DNA of 64,000 nucleotides, taken from assembly GCA_951406725.2 (NCBI GenBank), contig OX597835.1:14818001-14882000 (forward strand), read 5' to 3'. The translations under genes were made by a program, and so were the position numbers. Shown in pieces: positions 50,126-63,859 of the stretch. The DNA is from Octopus vulgaris. Its lineage: Eukaryota. Position 1 is the stretch's first letter, and every line of letters starts with the position of its first letter. The notes under the pieces were generated by a model. It saw only the letters and a program-made list of their open reading frames with translations. It was not told where the DNA came from and did not search any database.

Positions 50126-50563
50126 TGCACGGCCTATAATCCCTCATAACTTCTTTTATTTTTTGGAGTTTTCAGAAAATATTTGCGAATTATATTCTAC
50201 TTTTTAAAAACTTTTCGAAATTTTTTGTTGAATTTTTGAATTTTTTTTTCCATCACAGATTAAAATACAGACAATCGAAATGTTTATTTAAATCTCAGCA
50301 ATAGACCATTAAATGTGTTTATGGGGACAAAGATATCGACTGACAAACAAACGAAGAGGGTATGAGTAGCCATGAGCTGCTAAAAATAACAGCTAAATAG
50401 CCCTTAAATCACGCAGCAAAACTTTTTTTTTATTTTGGTTTTTGCATAATCGTATGAAATCCCGTGTGTAGAACACAAATTCGCCAAACATTTCTGAGAA
50501 TTCCCCAAAAATTAAAAAAAAGTTATGATGGGTTATATGCGATGCGTATAACAGAATCCCGTC
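50109..50563. mobile_element. MITE with ~80-bp imperfect TIRs and 8-bp TSD (hAT-like)
   Basis: ggcgggattctgttt...ataacttcttttattttttgg is inverted relative to ccaaaaattaaaaaaaagttat...aacagaatcccgtc. Flanks are aaagacta (50101-50108) and aaagactc (50564-50571). Confidence 0.75.
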
Positions 50564-50924
50564 AAAGACTCAACGCTTCAGTGAAGGACACATACACACG
50601 ATAAGTTTCCACACATTTTGTGCCTGCCAAATTCACTTACAAGGCATAGGCCAGACAAAGGTTATTAGTTGAAGGCACCCTCTGAAGGTGAAGCGAACTC
50701 CTCAACCACATAGCCATAAAAAAAAATTTGTAATCCTTTCCAGTCAGACTGCGGCCATGCTAGAGCACCGCCTTGAGGAATTTTTATTTGAATGAGTCGA
50801 CTCAAGTACGTTTTTTTTTTAAAGTCTAGAAACTTATTCTATCGGTGTCTTTCGCCGAACTTCTAAGTTACGGTGACGTAAACACACCAACACTGGTTGT
50901 CAAGCGGTAGTGAGGGACAAAAAA

Positions 50925-51154
50925 GGCGGCGAGCTGGCAGAAACGATTGCACGCCGGGCGAAATGCTTAGCGGTATTTCGTCTGCGTTACGTTGTGAGTT
51001 CAAATTCCGCCGAGGTCGACTTGGCCTTTCATCCTTTCGGGGTCGATAAATTAAATACCAGTTACGCACTGGGATCGATGTAATCGACTTAATACCTATG
51101 TCTGTCCTTGTTTGTCCCCTCTGTGTTTAGCCCCTTGTGGGCAATAAAGAAATA
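50925..51154 (+). mobile_element. SINE family B nested in an old family A copy
   Basis: 16-bp TSD ggtagtgagggacaaa at 50906-50921 and 51155-51170. Confidence 0.9.
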
Positions 51155-54128
51155 GGTAGTGAGGGACAAACAAACACAAACGCATAGATTATATAGATAC
51201 GACGGACTTCTTTCAGTTTCCGTCTAACAAACACGCTCGCAAGGTTTTGCTCGACCCGAACTTACAGTAGAAGGCACTTGTTCAACTTCCGTTTTGTTTT
51301 CCTTTGCTGCTCAAGGGATGTTCGGAGTGAAACGGAAGTAGTAAAATGTAACCGGAAATTGAAATCATGTCAGTTTCTCGACTTGATAGGACTTTTCACT
51401 AGTTTTACTGCGAAAGCAGATTAGATATAGATCAAGGTGGAGGCGTTAATACCGCCAAAGTTCAAGGCCTCAAATAAATTAGAGAAAATATTCTGAACGT
51501 CAATGAACTCAACATAATTATTAGTCAGCCAGGAAAAGTGAAGCAAAATAGATTAAAGAGAAAAAAACATACTTTTAATTGTAAATTGAATATTTTGTTT
51601 TTAATTCAAGATATCAGGATTTAATTAAGATATCAAGAGACACCAGAAAATTGTTAAATAATTAACTGTGACTGCAATCAGTGTATGTAAGTGCTAAATA
51701 GTCCACCCACACACACTACACATTAACACTACCTGTGCGTCCATTAACATACCAAATTACGCCCACGTATGTAGGTCAGAGCAGTGTAAAATCTGTGCCA
51801 AACATCTGGCTGGAATAGCTGATACGAAAGGAAACTGGTAATAACAGGAATTTCTTAATTTTCACAAGATGTGTATTTTGTTGTGAACTAGGATATTTTC
51901 GTCCTGAAGAAACATGAAGGAAAGACAGATGGAGAGACTGCTTTTAAAGGTGGACGTCAAAACCAACGGAAGCTTCACGCAAGAAATTCAGTGACCTTCA
52001 AACAGTTTTGCTTTGTTTATTTGCATACTTATTTATGATTTGACAAGTTTGATCTTTGAGCATTTTGGCTAGTTCTACAAAATTACACCATGAAAATTTT
52101 AAATGTTAAAATAATAAAGTTACGTTAAAGCATTTTATGGCGGTGGACTGACAGAATCGTTAGAGCGTTGGGAAAAAATCCGATTGCACCATTTGTCCCC
52201 GTTCTTCAAGTTCTGCGTTCAAACTCCGCCGAGGTCAGCTTTGCCTTTTACTCTTTCGAGGTCGATAAAATAAAGAACTTGATTTAATGTAATCGACTAA
52301 CTTTCCTCAATCTAAAATTGCAGAACTTCTGTCAAAATTTTAAACAAAGGCAGCGAGCTAGAAAGAATCTTTTTTTCAGGCTACTTAGGTTCCGATTTCA
52401 AGTTTCGCTGAGGTCAACCTTGCTTTCATTCTGACGGGTACGGTAAAATAACGCAGCTGTCAAGTGCTGGGGCAACTAACCCATACCCCTGGAATTTCTA
52501 ACCTTGTGCCCGAATTAGAAGCTTGATTTTTCACCCTCCGAAAATTCGATAAAATAAAGTACTTGTCTAGTGCTGGGGAGGAAGGGGACAGTCTAACGGA
52601 CTCAATCTCTCCCTTTCAAAATTACTGGCCTTGTGCTCAAATTAGAAAGCATTATTTTAAGTCAACTTCATCTTCTCAACGAAGATGAAAATTTAAAATT
52701 TTGAACTTTGAGAAGTTTAGAAAATACAAGATGGAGATGTGAGTGAAGATTTTGTTTTATAGGATTTAGCTTTTCGAAACTTAGATTAGTGGGTGGGTGA
52801 GAGTGACGATCAAAGACTTTATTTTCGGTCAGTTCTACTTAATCGAGGAAATGTAAAGAAGGGAACATATTGTAATGTGCCCTTTTCCTCTAGATAATGT
52901 ACGCTTTCGTCGAAGGAGGTATAATGCCTCTCTCCCCACTACATTTCCATTGTTTTACTCGAAGGAAGAGGGCTAGCATGCTACCAACAACCATGACCCC
53001 TGTTCAGGGATCACCATGAGTGGTGCGAAGGAAGGAAACGGACGTCAAGGGTTACCGCGAAAAGAAGTGGCCTCACAGAAGCAAGTTCTCTCGTCTTAAA
53101 ACGGAGATGCGGAACATTTGAGAAACGGACATGGAGCTAAAGGAAATTACAGGAAAACTTTTAAAAAACGGGAAAGGGGGGAAAAAAAGTGCGGACGGAA
53201 GATAAGGAAATTATAGAAGAAGGAGTTATTCTTGGAAAATGTATAGTGAGAAAAACAAAGCAGAGGGGGTGAAATACTATAAATGCAGCGACCGTGTTTG
53301 TACGGTTAGTGGTTCGTTTGGCCTCCAGGGGTTAGGGGTAGATACAGTTGAGAAAAGATTTTGAATATGGAACAACAATAAAAAAAAAAATCATAGGCGC
53401 AGTCATGGCTGAGTGGTTAAGATACTGGCTTTGTACACATATGGTTTCGTGTTCAGTTTCCCTGCGCAGCACCTTAGTCTGGGGTTATCGTAGAATCACT
53501 TGTCTAACTAATGTACTTTAAGGGAATTTAGTTGGCAGAGACTGTGTAGAAACCCGTCGTGTGTGTATAAAAGATTAAAGTGGAAACGTTATTAGTTGTA
53601 TCTCCCCCCCCCCCTAATTTTCAGTCTTAATATCAACTTGCATTCACTAATCCATTCACTATAGAATACGAGATAACTGCTTGGTTGGTTGGTTGGTTGA
53701 AATCGCGATAGTTTCGTTCCCAGACCAAAATCGTTTCATTTAAAAATTGAAATATAAATAGAGGGGGAAATGCATGAATGCTCCAAAATCTCATCCTTGA
53801 AAACAGGGCTCTACAGTTGATGTAATAGTAGTCGGAAGCAGTTATTGGGGGTAACCGGCGTCAAGAGACGAAGCAAGTAATTTTGTAGTGACGACTTCTA
53901 CTAAATGTAAGATGCGTAAATTGCTCGTTAAAGTTTCCGATTTCACAGACCCCCAATTTAACTAATCCCACAGACTCTAATGTGAAATATAATCAAATCA
54001 GATTAAGGGATTTCTATAAAGGGGAATCTGATAAAAGTCAAACCTTTACCCTAATTTTAGATTAAGATCTTTGTTCTCACTTTTATTCTATAGATAGAAC
54101 GGTTCTTTATTAAATTTTGTAGAGATAA

Positions 54129-54594
<466 letters not shown>

Positions 54595-55106
54595 TAACCT
54601 TCTCCATCTTTCGTAATATCAGCTTCTTTCGTGTTTTCTTTAATTGGCTTCATAATTACTCTCTTCATGGACAGCTATGAAGAGGTTTACAGCATGAGCA
54701 AAATGGGGGCCAGCTGAGCCATCTTCAATCGACAAAGATATTGTTTATAGAGACTGGACTGCGGCAATGCTGGGGCAACGCATTAAACGGTTTACTCGAA
54801 CAAATCCATCAATATTTTTAAGTGTGCTGTTTATTTTTACCCACCACTTTTTCTAAACCGGAAATGTAAACTAGGAATGTAAACAAACTAGTACCGGTTG
54901 TAAAATGGTAGTATGGAAGGACAACCATAACACACACACACAATATATATACTATACACGCACACAATACATATACGCAAGCCAAATTTATTTGCAAAGC
55001 CTTCTTCAACTAGGTGGGCTACAGTAGAAGATAACTTGGCCAAGGTGCCGAAATCATGCGGTTGCTAAGTGAACCATGCCACTAATAAAATACATAATAT
55101 AATATA

Positions 55107-56351
55107 TTGGGTTGGCAACTAAGTTCCCGCCGTTTTTTAAAATTTTGGAATTTATTGCGTTTTTAAATTTTGGAATTTTTCTCTCTAGTTAATTTTAGTT
55201 AATTTTTGTTTACTTTCAGATTATTAAAATGGAATGTCAAGTTAAGAAAAACGAGCATTTTCGACACCTCCTTCTTTTTGCTTTAAATCAAGGTTCTAAG
55301 GCTGCTAAAGCTGCTCGCGACATTTGTGCTATGTATGGAGAGGGTGTCATAGCTGAAAGAACCGCTCGTTATTGGTATGCCAAGTTCAAAAGTGGAAATT
55401 TTGACCTCAATGACGCACCTCGTTCTGGCCGTCCAGTTGAGTCCGATGAAGAGCGATTAAACCAACTTTTGCATGAAAATTCTCGTCAAACGGCAAGGGA
55501 ACTGGCAGAGAAAATAGAATGCTCCCACACTGCTATAGAGAAGCATCTTCATTCGATGGGAAAGGTCAGAAGTATGGAGCATGGATTCCGCATGCTTTAA
55601 GTGACAACAACAAAAATCAACGAGCCACAATCTCCTGCTGGTTTGCTTGCTCGTCACTGCTCAACTCATGGACACAAGCAACGATTTCTTTTCCGAATCT
55701 TTACTGGCGACGAAAAACGGTGCCTGTACATCAATATAAAGCAGCGTAAGGAATGGCTTAGCTCCGGTAAACAAGCGACACAGCGCGTGAAACAAGAGCT
55801 TCATCCGTGTAAAACGATGTTGTGCGTATGGTGGGACTGGGAAAGGATTATCTATTACGAATTGCTTGAACAGAACCAAACTGTCAACGCGGAACTCTAT
55901 GTTCAACAGATGGAACGACTCAACACGGCTATTCAAGAGAAAAGACCTAATCGGCAGCATGGAGTTCTTCTGCTGCACGACGTCCGCCCTCATATCGCCA
56001 ATATGACCAAGGAAGCCATTCAAACGCATGGTCGGGAAATGCTGCCACACCCGCCGTACTATCCTGATTTGGCACCAACGGATTGCCACTTCTTTCGATT
56101 TCTTTAAAATGCTATGCGCGGAGTTTCGTTCAATACTGATGCAGAATTAAGAGCTTGGTTGGATCAATTTTTCGAGTCGAAATCGGGTGATTTCTACCAA
56201 CGAGGTATTGAAAATCTTGTTGAACGTTGGGAAGAAGTTGTAAACAACAAGGGTGAATACATTATTGATTAATTAGCTGTTATTTTTTTTTATTAACCCT
56301 TTAAAAAAAATTAAATTTAAAAATACGGCGGGAACTTAGTTGCCAACTCAA
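55107..56351 (+). mobile_element. Full-length but decayed mariner (DD34D) transposon, mellifera-subfamily-like
   Basis: TIRs ttgggttggcaactaagttcccgccg / cggcgggaacttagttgccaactcaa, TA on both flanks, ~1.25 kb long, with transposase remnants inside. Confidence 0.95.
55229..56272 (+). pseudogene. Mariner transposase pseudogene
   Basis: MECQVKKNEHFRHLLLF...RSGRP HTH region, WIPHAL (cf. WVPHEL), TGDEK, HDVRPH (cf. HDNARPH), HPPYYPDLAPTD, ending ERWEEVVNNKGEYIID*. Frameshifts near 55570 and 55635 and an in-frame stop at 56105-56107. Confidence 0.93.
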
Positions 56352-56424
56352 TATATTGACAATAGTGTTATTACGAAGTAGCATAGCATTACTTTTAACT
56401 ATATATATACAGTTTTGCATAGAC

Positions 56425-56462
<38 letters not shown>

Positions 56463-56750
56463 GAAATTTTCAGAAAACAAAAGACAAAGACAGGTGCGGG
56501 AAAAAAGTAGGCTTTCCTATCCGCGTGTAATAGTAACACAGTCGCGTTAACAAAGGGATGTGAGTTCGTGTCCCACGCAGATAGGAAACCTACTTTTTTT
56601 CTGTCGAGGGCTTATATGCCCCATTATTAGACTATTTTTCTTAGTCATTGCACGGTGATTGCCATAAGCTTTAGGTTTATACAAATACCATTATTATTAA
56701 TTACAGGATTGTAAAACCCAGCACTGTATTACAAAACCATTCGCACCGAA

Positions 56751-56785
<35 letters not shown>

Positions 56786-57174
56786 CATAACTATATATGT
56801 AAATACGCTTACATGCATATTAAACATTTGCAAGTGTAATTACGTGTGCGTGTGTAAATAGACACAAAGTACTTCCACAATGTGGTGTGTCATGAGAAAA
56901 ATCAAAAGCTATTGTCAGAATTTATTCCACTCTCGCTTCATACAGATTTTACCGCAAAAAGACCATTTCCAGTTCTTTCCATATCACAGCACTCCTTTAT
57001 TTCTGTCAATACTTTAACACAATTCTATTGTGAGATTTGAAAATCTTTTCCCTTTCAAATTAATGCAATACACACACACACTCATATATACACACACGCA
57101 CACATTAAATGCATAATATCAGTTGAAAGCCTGAGGATAGTCTTTGACAGAGTGATCTGTGTGTATGTGAGTGT

Positions 57175-57558
57175 GGAGGCGCAATGGCCCAGTGGTTAGG
57201 GCAGCAGACTCGCGGTCGTAGGATCGCGGTTTCGATTCCCAGACCGGGCGTTGTGAGTGTTTATTGAGCGAAAACACCTAAAGCTCAATGAGGCTCCGAC
57301 AGGGATGGTGGTGATCCCTGCTGTACTCTTTCACCACAACTTTCTCTCACTCTTACTTCCTGTTTCTGTTGTACCTGTATTTCAAAGGGCCGGCCTTGTC
57401 ACTCTCTGTGTCACGCTGAATATCCCCGAGAACTGCGTTAAGGGTACACGTGTCTGTGGAGTGCTCAGCCACTTACACGTTACTTTCACGAGCAGGTTGT
57501 TCCGTTGATCGGATCAACCGGAACCCTCGTCGTCGTAACCGACGGAGTGCTTCCACAC
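57175..57558 (+). mobile_element. SINE family C (tRNA-derived head), full length
   Basis: A box tggcccagtggttag and B box gtttcgattccc; 10-bp TSD atgtgagtgt at 57165-57174 and 57559-57568. Confidence 0.9.
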
Positions 57559-58161
57559 ATGTGAGTGTATATAGTGTAGGGCATGGCTGTGTGATAAGAA
57601 GTTCCTTCCCAACACCGTCGTTACGAGTTCAGTTTCACTGCGTGGTCCCTATGCGCAAGTGTCTTCTACTATAACCACGGGCTAGGCAATACCTCATGAG
57701 CGAATTTGTCAGATGGAAATAGAAATAAGCCTATATATACGACGGGCTTCTTTCAGTTTCCGTCTACCAAATCCACTCACACGGCGTTGGTCGGCCCGAG
57801 GCTATAGTAGAAGACACTTGCCCAAGGTGCCTCGCAGTGGGACTGAACCCGGAACCATGTGGTTGGTAAGCAAGCTACTTACCACACAGCCACTCTTGCG
57901 CCTATACATAGCCATCTTTAATCTTTCAATTTTCTAGTGACTAGACTGCGACCATGCTGCAGCACCGCCTTGAAGGATTTAACCGAACAAATCGACCCCG
58001 GTATTTACTTTTTTAAAGCTTGGCATTAATGTTATCGGTTTTATTTGTCGAGCAATTAGGTTGTAAACAAAGCGACACCGGTTGTTAATTGGTGGTGAGG
58101 GACAAACACAGCTACACTCACACACACACACGCTTATACGAACAGGCTTCTTCAGGTTTCT

Positions 58162-58576
58162 TATTTCTTTACTGCCCACAAGGGGCTAAACATAGAGGGG
58201 ACAAACAAGGACAGACAAACGGATTAAGTCGATTATATCGACTTCAGTGCGTAACTGGTACTTATTTAATCGACCCCGAAAGGATGAAAGGCAAAGTCGA
58301 CCTCGGTGGAATTTGAACTCAGAACGTAAAGGCAGACGAAATACCTATTTCTTTACTACCCACAAGGGGCTAAACACAGAGGGGACAAACAAGGACAGAC
58401 AGACGGATTAAGTCGATTATATCGACCCCAGTGCGTAACTGGTACTTATTTAATCGACCCCGAAAGGATGAAAGGCAAAGTCGACCTCGGCGGAATTTGA
58501 ACTCAGAACGTAGCGGCGGACGAAATACCGCTGAGCATTTCGCCCGGCGTGCTAACGTTTCTGCCAGCTCGCCGCT
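58162..58576 (-). mobile_element. SINE family B with tandemly duplicated body
   Basis: One head and two bodies; same junction at ~58338-58351. Confidence 0.88.
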
Positions 58577-59161
58577 TCTTCCAGATTCTGCCTACAAAAA
58601 AACCCACTCATAAGGCTACGGGCGCTTGAGGACTATAGTAGAAGACAACACTTGCTTAAAGTGTCATGCGGTGGGACAGAATGCGAGACCACATGGTTAG
58701 GAAGCAGGTTTGTTAAACATCTCATGCACAGCTGCGCTTGTATCGAATAATTAGTCATAAATGTTGTATATTCAACAGGAAAGAAACTTGTAGCATTCCT
58801 CCTGCCTTTCCTGACATGCCGACTGCTTTAAATCTTCCTGCACGGCGCTCGTCAGCATGGTAACGATTTAGGAAACTATTTTCAGGTAGGAATAATTTCA
58901 AGAATTGTCGTTTTCTATTCCATCTATAATATAGCATGCTGTGTTCTCTTATTTTGATGTCACCAATTAAAACCAGCACTTAAATTACTACTTTGCATAA
59001 CCGCCATTCATGCGATTTATTTCAATTATCTCTGCAACTAATTAACCATAGTCTTCCTTCGTCTTTATTAGTATTAATACTATTTTTACTGTTAATTTAT
59101 ATTTTTTCTGAAAATACTCTTCGAAAGCAATGCGACGGAGTTTCTGTAAATGAAGCAACAT

Positions 59162-59563
59162 AGACGCAGGAGTGGCTGTGTGGTAAGTAGCTTGCTTACC
59201 AACCACACGGTTCCGGGTTCAGTCCCACTGCGTGGCACCTTGGAAAAGTGTCTCCTACTATAGCCTCGGGCCGACCAAAGCCTTGTGAGTGGATTTGGTA
59301 GACGGAAACTGAAAGAAGCCCGTCGTATATATGTGTGTGTGTATATGCTTATGTATCTGTGTTTGTCCCCCCCCCAACATCGCTTGACAACCGATGCTGG
59401 TGTGTTTACGTCCCCGTAACTTAGCGCTTCGGCAAAAGAGACCGATAGAATAAGCACTAGGCTTACAAAGAATAAGTCCTAGGGGTCGATTTGTTTCGAC
59501 TAAAGGCGGTGCTCCAGCATGTCCGCAGTCAAATGACTGAAGTAAATGTAAAAGAACAAAAGA
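59162..59563 (+). mobile_element. SINE family A, full length
   Basis: High identity to other copies. Confidence 0.9.
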
Positions 59564-60409
59564 GCATCTCAAATCCACAGTCAGTTGATTTTGCAGGAGA
59601 AGAGGTCTTAATGTGGAAGGAAAGAGAGCTGAGATAATGACTTGACCTTAAGGCAAGTTGTCAAGTTTTGGTTCTTCTGCGCTGACAACTATCGTGCTTG
59701 CATGAACAGGCGTAGGATTTATTAGTTGACACCACAATTCTAATCTATGGAGAATACTTAGAAAAGCCCAATTCAGCCACAACAGATTCTCTATTTACTG
59801 ATATTAATTTTGCATCAGCTGATATATATACATACATATACATACATATTCATATACATACATACATACACATACATACATATATATACATATACATACA
59901 TATACATATATATAATGTGTATGTGGGCATTAAGTATTTATGTATTATATATGCGTGTATGTGTACATATGTATATGTATGAAGAGAGACAGACAGAGGG
60001 AAAATCGCAGGAAGAATCGCAATTCAAACAAATTGACATATAGTTATATATGTATATAGACGTACGCACACACTTTCATACATACACATAAACACACACA
60101 TCTACAGACACATCTTTGATGGCTGTTTCCGTTCTGCAAATTTTAACAAAGACTTGATTTGAAATACTCTATATTGAATAAAACAAATTACGAGATGATC
60201 GCTTAGTCTTGGGTTCAACAGTTGACATTGTAACTGCGCTATTATTATTCTGTTGATACAGGTTTTCATTGTTGTAGGCTCAACATACACATTGTATAAG
60301 CACTTCAGGTCTCAACATTCAGTTTTAGAGTGTCCCCCCCCCCCAAACTCATACTCATTATACACGGATGAAATGCTCGTAATACAAATTTCGGCAGCAA
60401 TTACATCAA

Positions 60410-60850
60410 ACCCGAAAGGATGAAAAGTATAGTCGAACCCGGCGGAATTTGAACTCAGAACGTAAAGACGGATGAAATACCGCTAAGCGTTTTGCCCGGC
60501 GTGCTAACGATTCTGCCAGCTCGCCACCTTAATAATAATACCTATTTCTTTACTATCCACAAGGGGCTAAACACAGAGAGGACAAACAAGGACAGACAAA
60601 CGGATTAAGTCGATTACATCGACCCCAGTGCGTAACTGATACTTACTTTATCGACCCCGAAAGGATGAAAGGCAAAGTCGACCTCGGCGGAATTTGAACT
60701 CAGAACATAACGCCAGACAAAATACCGCTACGCATTTCGCCCGGCGCGCTAACGTTTCTAACAGCTCAATAAATAATAATAATCCTTTCTACTGAAGGCA
60801 TAAGGCTTGAAATTTTTTAGGAGGGAATTAGTCGATTACATCGTCCCCGA
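60410..60850 (-). mobile_element. Family B SINE cluster
   Basis: Copies at ~60410-60528 and 60543-60767, plus an older-type tail extending to ~60850. Confidence 0.8.
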
Positions 60851-61300
60851 AAGATGAATTAAGTATCAGTGAAACACTGGAGTCGATGTAATCGTTTATT
60901 CCCCACCCCCAGGAAAACAAATGTCCTTATTTACTTTCTTTTCTGTCGCTTAATCTTTATCGTTTTAAATATTTCGGTTATTGGGCTACGCCCACCCTGG
61001 GGTACCCCCTTGACGGGTTTCAGTAGATCAAATCGATACCGGTATTTATTTTTATGTGTGATACCTATTATTTCGGTCTCTTTTGTTGAACAGCTAAGTT
61101 ACCGGGATGTAAACACAAACACACACATATACAATACACACACACACTGTCTTCCATATAGTTTTTTATTTCTTTATTGCCCACAAAGGGCTAAGCATAA
61201 AGAGGACAAACAAGGACAGACAAAGGGATTAAGTCAATTACATCGACCCCAGTGCGTAACTGGTACTTAATTTATCGACCCCGAAAGGATGAAAGGCAAA

Positions 61301-61711
61301 GCACTTGCTAATCGTAAAGTCATTGTCTTCCATCACTACAAGGCCAGACTGCTCCCTTTTATGCAGACGCAGCAGATGTTATTGGGACTTGGCTGGTAAG
61401 TTTTAACAACACCTTCCATGTTCGCTCCCACCTTGCACCTTCATATTTCCACCAGTTTGGGTCTCTTCAAGATTCATTTAATAGAGAAACTTTCATCTCT
61501 GAAGATGATGTACGTAAAAATTCACTAGGATGTGTTTTTCGCCAATAAAGACAAGAATTTCTTTGAGCAAGAAATAATGGATCTGCGCACAAATATGGCA
61601 GAAAATACTGAAAGAAACAGTAATTATATCACTGATTGAATAAATCGCTTTGCGCTTAAAACTTCTGTCTATTTTTACTTAAAATACGAACGCACTTTTT
61701 GGCCAACCCAA
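61301..61711 (+). mobile_element. Degenerate 3' half of a mariner element
   Basis: NRKVIVFHHYKAR (cf. NRKGVVFHHDNARPH) plus a decayed C-terminus and a right TIR ...ttttggccaacccaa resembling that of the 55.1 kb element. Confidence 0.7.
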
Positions 61712-62432
61712 CAGCATTTGCCTTCGATACGAAATAACTCTTCGTTGAAAGTTCAACAAAAGATTCAAATTAAAGCATAATATTTTTTAGAATCCTTCAA
61801 GTCTTTCTTTGTATTGTTGCTGACTGAAGTAAAACTAATTAGTGTAAACTTATTTACAAGTTCTACGGTGTATACTAGATTATTAAAATAGCAAAAAAAC
61901 AAACAAACAGAAAAAGCTTATCGCGATGGAGAATGAATATTAATAAATGCAAATCCAGCTCAAAGGCTGAAGTGAGTTGTTTCTATTAATGAAACTAGGA
62001 AGAAATGGGTCTCAGTTTTGGAATGCTAAAAGAGATTACGGGGAAAGAACAATAATGTTGAGAAGCCAAACGATTGTGTTAATAAGTAGAAAACTCAACA
62101 CGCAAAAAGCAGAGAATATAGTGGAATAATAATAATAATAATAATATATATATATTTTTAACGGAATGTATAGAATCCGGTGTGTGTGTATGCGTGCGTG
62201 TAGAATGTTATTGAATAAATAATTAAAGTAAAATATTTAATATTCTAAACTGGCAACAAAGAGCAGAGAGTGGGGAAAATGAAAATTTTTAATAATCTGT
62301 TCAATAGATGTTCAATGCATTCGTCTTTGAGATCATTTGGAATTGAAGATCAATACGAGAACAAATAGACGAAGTGAAATGGTAGTAGTAGTAATATATC
62401 GGTTCACAGAGAAGAGGGTGACTGTACTACAT

Positions 62433-62814
62433 GTGGAAGCACTCCGTCGGTTACGACGACGAGGGTTCCGGTTGATCCGATCAACGGAACAGCCTGCTCG
62501 TGAAATTAACGTGTAAGTGGCGGAGCACTCCACAGACACATGTACCCTTAACGCAGTTCTCGGGGATATTCAGCGTGACACAGACAGTGACAAGACCGGC
62601 CCTTTGAAATACAGGTACAACAGAAACAGGAAGTAAGAGTGAGAGGTTTTGGTGAAAGAGTACAGCAGGGATCACCACCATCCCTGCCGGAGCCTCGTGG
62701 AGCTTTTAGGTGTTTTCGCTCAATAAACACTCACAACTCTCGGTCTGGGAATCGAAACCGCGATCCTACGACCGCGAGTCCGCTGCCCTAACCACTGGGC
62801 CATTGCGCCTCCAC
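62433..62814 (-). mobile_element. SINE family C, full length
   Basis: Highly similar to the 57.2 kb copy; TSD actgtactacat / actgtattacat. Confidence 0.9.
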
Positions 62815-63209
62815 ACTGTATTACATAACACATTAACTAATATTCTTTTCTACTCTAGCCACAAGTGCTGGCGTGGATTCATTCGTTCGACTAAAAATTC
62901 AAGGCGGTGCCCCAGCATGGCCGCAGTCTAATGACTGGAACAAGTAAAAGAGAAGAGAAATCCGAAATAATAGGAATTTTTTTTATCTTCGTAGAATGGC
63001 ATTGGAGGGTTCAACCGAACAGAATTGGAAACAAAGGGATCCATAGGCAAAAAAATGGTTCGAGAACCACTGCTACAATAGAAATATTGTCGTTATTTAA
63101 TTCGTTAACATTTGACCAATTAATTAGTTAATTGCTTGCTTAATGAATCGTTCTGTCATTCATTAGTGGCATAATGACCCTCCCGAGATTCAACAAAGTC
63201 AGTTCTTTT

Positions 63210-63418
63210 CAACTCTAGGCACAAGGCCTGAAATTTTTGGGGAGGGGGCCAATCGATTAGATTGACTCCAGTAAGCAACTGGTACTTAATTTATCGAACC
63301 CGGAAAGGATGAAAGGCAAAATCGACCTCGGCGGAATTTGAATTCAGAACGAAGCGGTAGACGAAATACCGCTAAGCATTTCGCCCGGCATGCTAACGTT
63401 TCTGCCAGATCGCCGCCT
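63210..63418 (-). mobile_element. SINE family B, older tail variant
   Basis: Family B head and core with an aaatttcaggccttgtgcctag tail. Confidence 0.8.
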
Positions 63419-63859
63419 TCATAACACATAATTAATAGCGATATTGCTAGATATACATTGGATAGCACTAGTTTTAGCGTAATCTCATTTTAAAGTGCGG
63501 GAGGGATGTCCATAGGTTGAAAAATTAAGGATAAATTATTCCAAGCCTTAGAGATTGTATAATTGATATAACAACACTCGGGAGATTTTTATACGCGTGA
63601 GCTTATTCATGTTTTTAATTCGATGGAATTAATGTGTGTATTTAAGAAGGAAGCCGTGCGATTTAGTTTTCGAAAGATTTACAGTTGGTATTTTCGAAAA
63701 GATTATCAAATGCATATACCTAAAAAGACACATAACCAAATATCGGGCTCGGTAGTGAGTTTCACACTCCATTCCAGTATAGTACGACACGGGGCATCAA
63801 CCTTGAGACTGGCTCGTATCCTTCATACTAGCCTAATAATAAAACAGAAAACGAGTATC

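Noticed and set aside
57175-57250. Possible tRNA genes at SINE heads
   Set aside because: A/B boxes are present, but there is no complete cloverleaf and each continues into a SINE body with a TSD.
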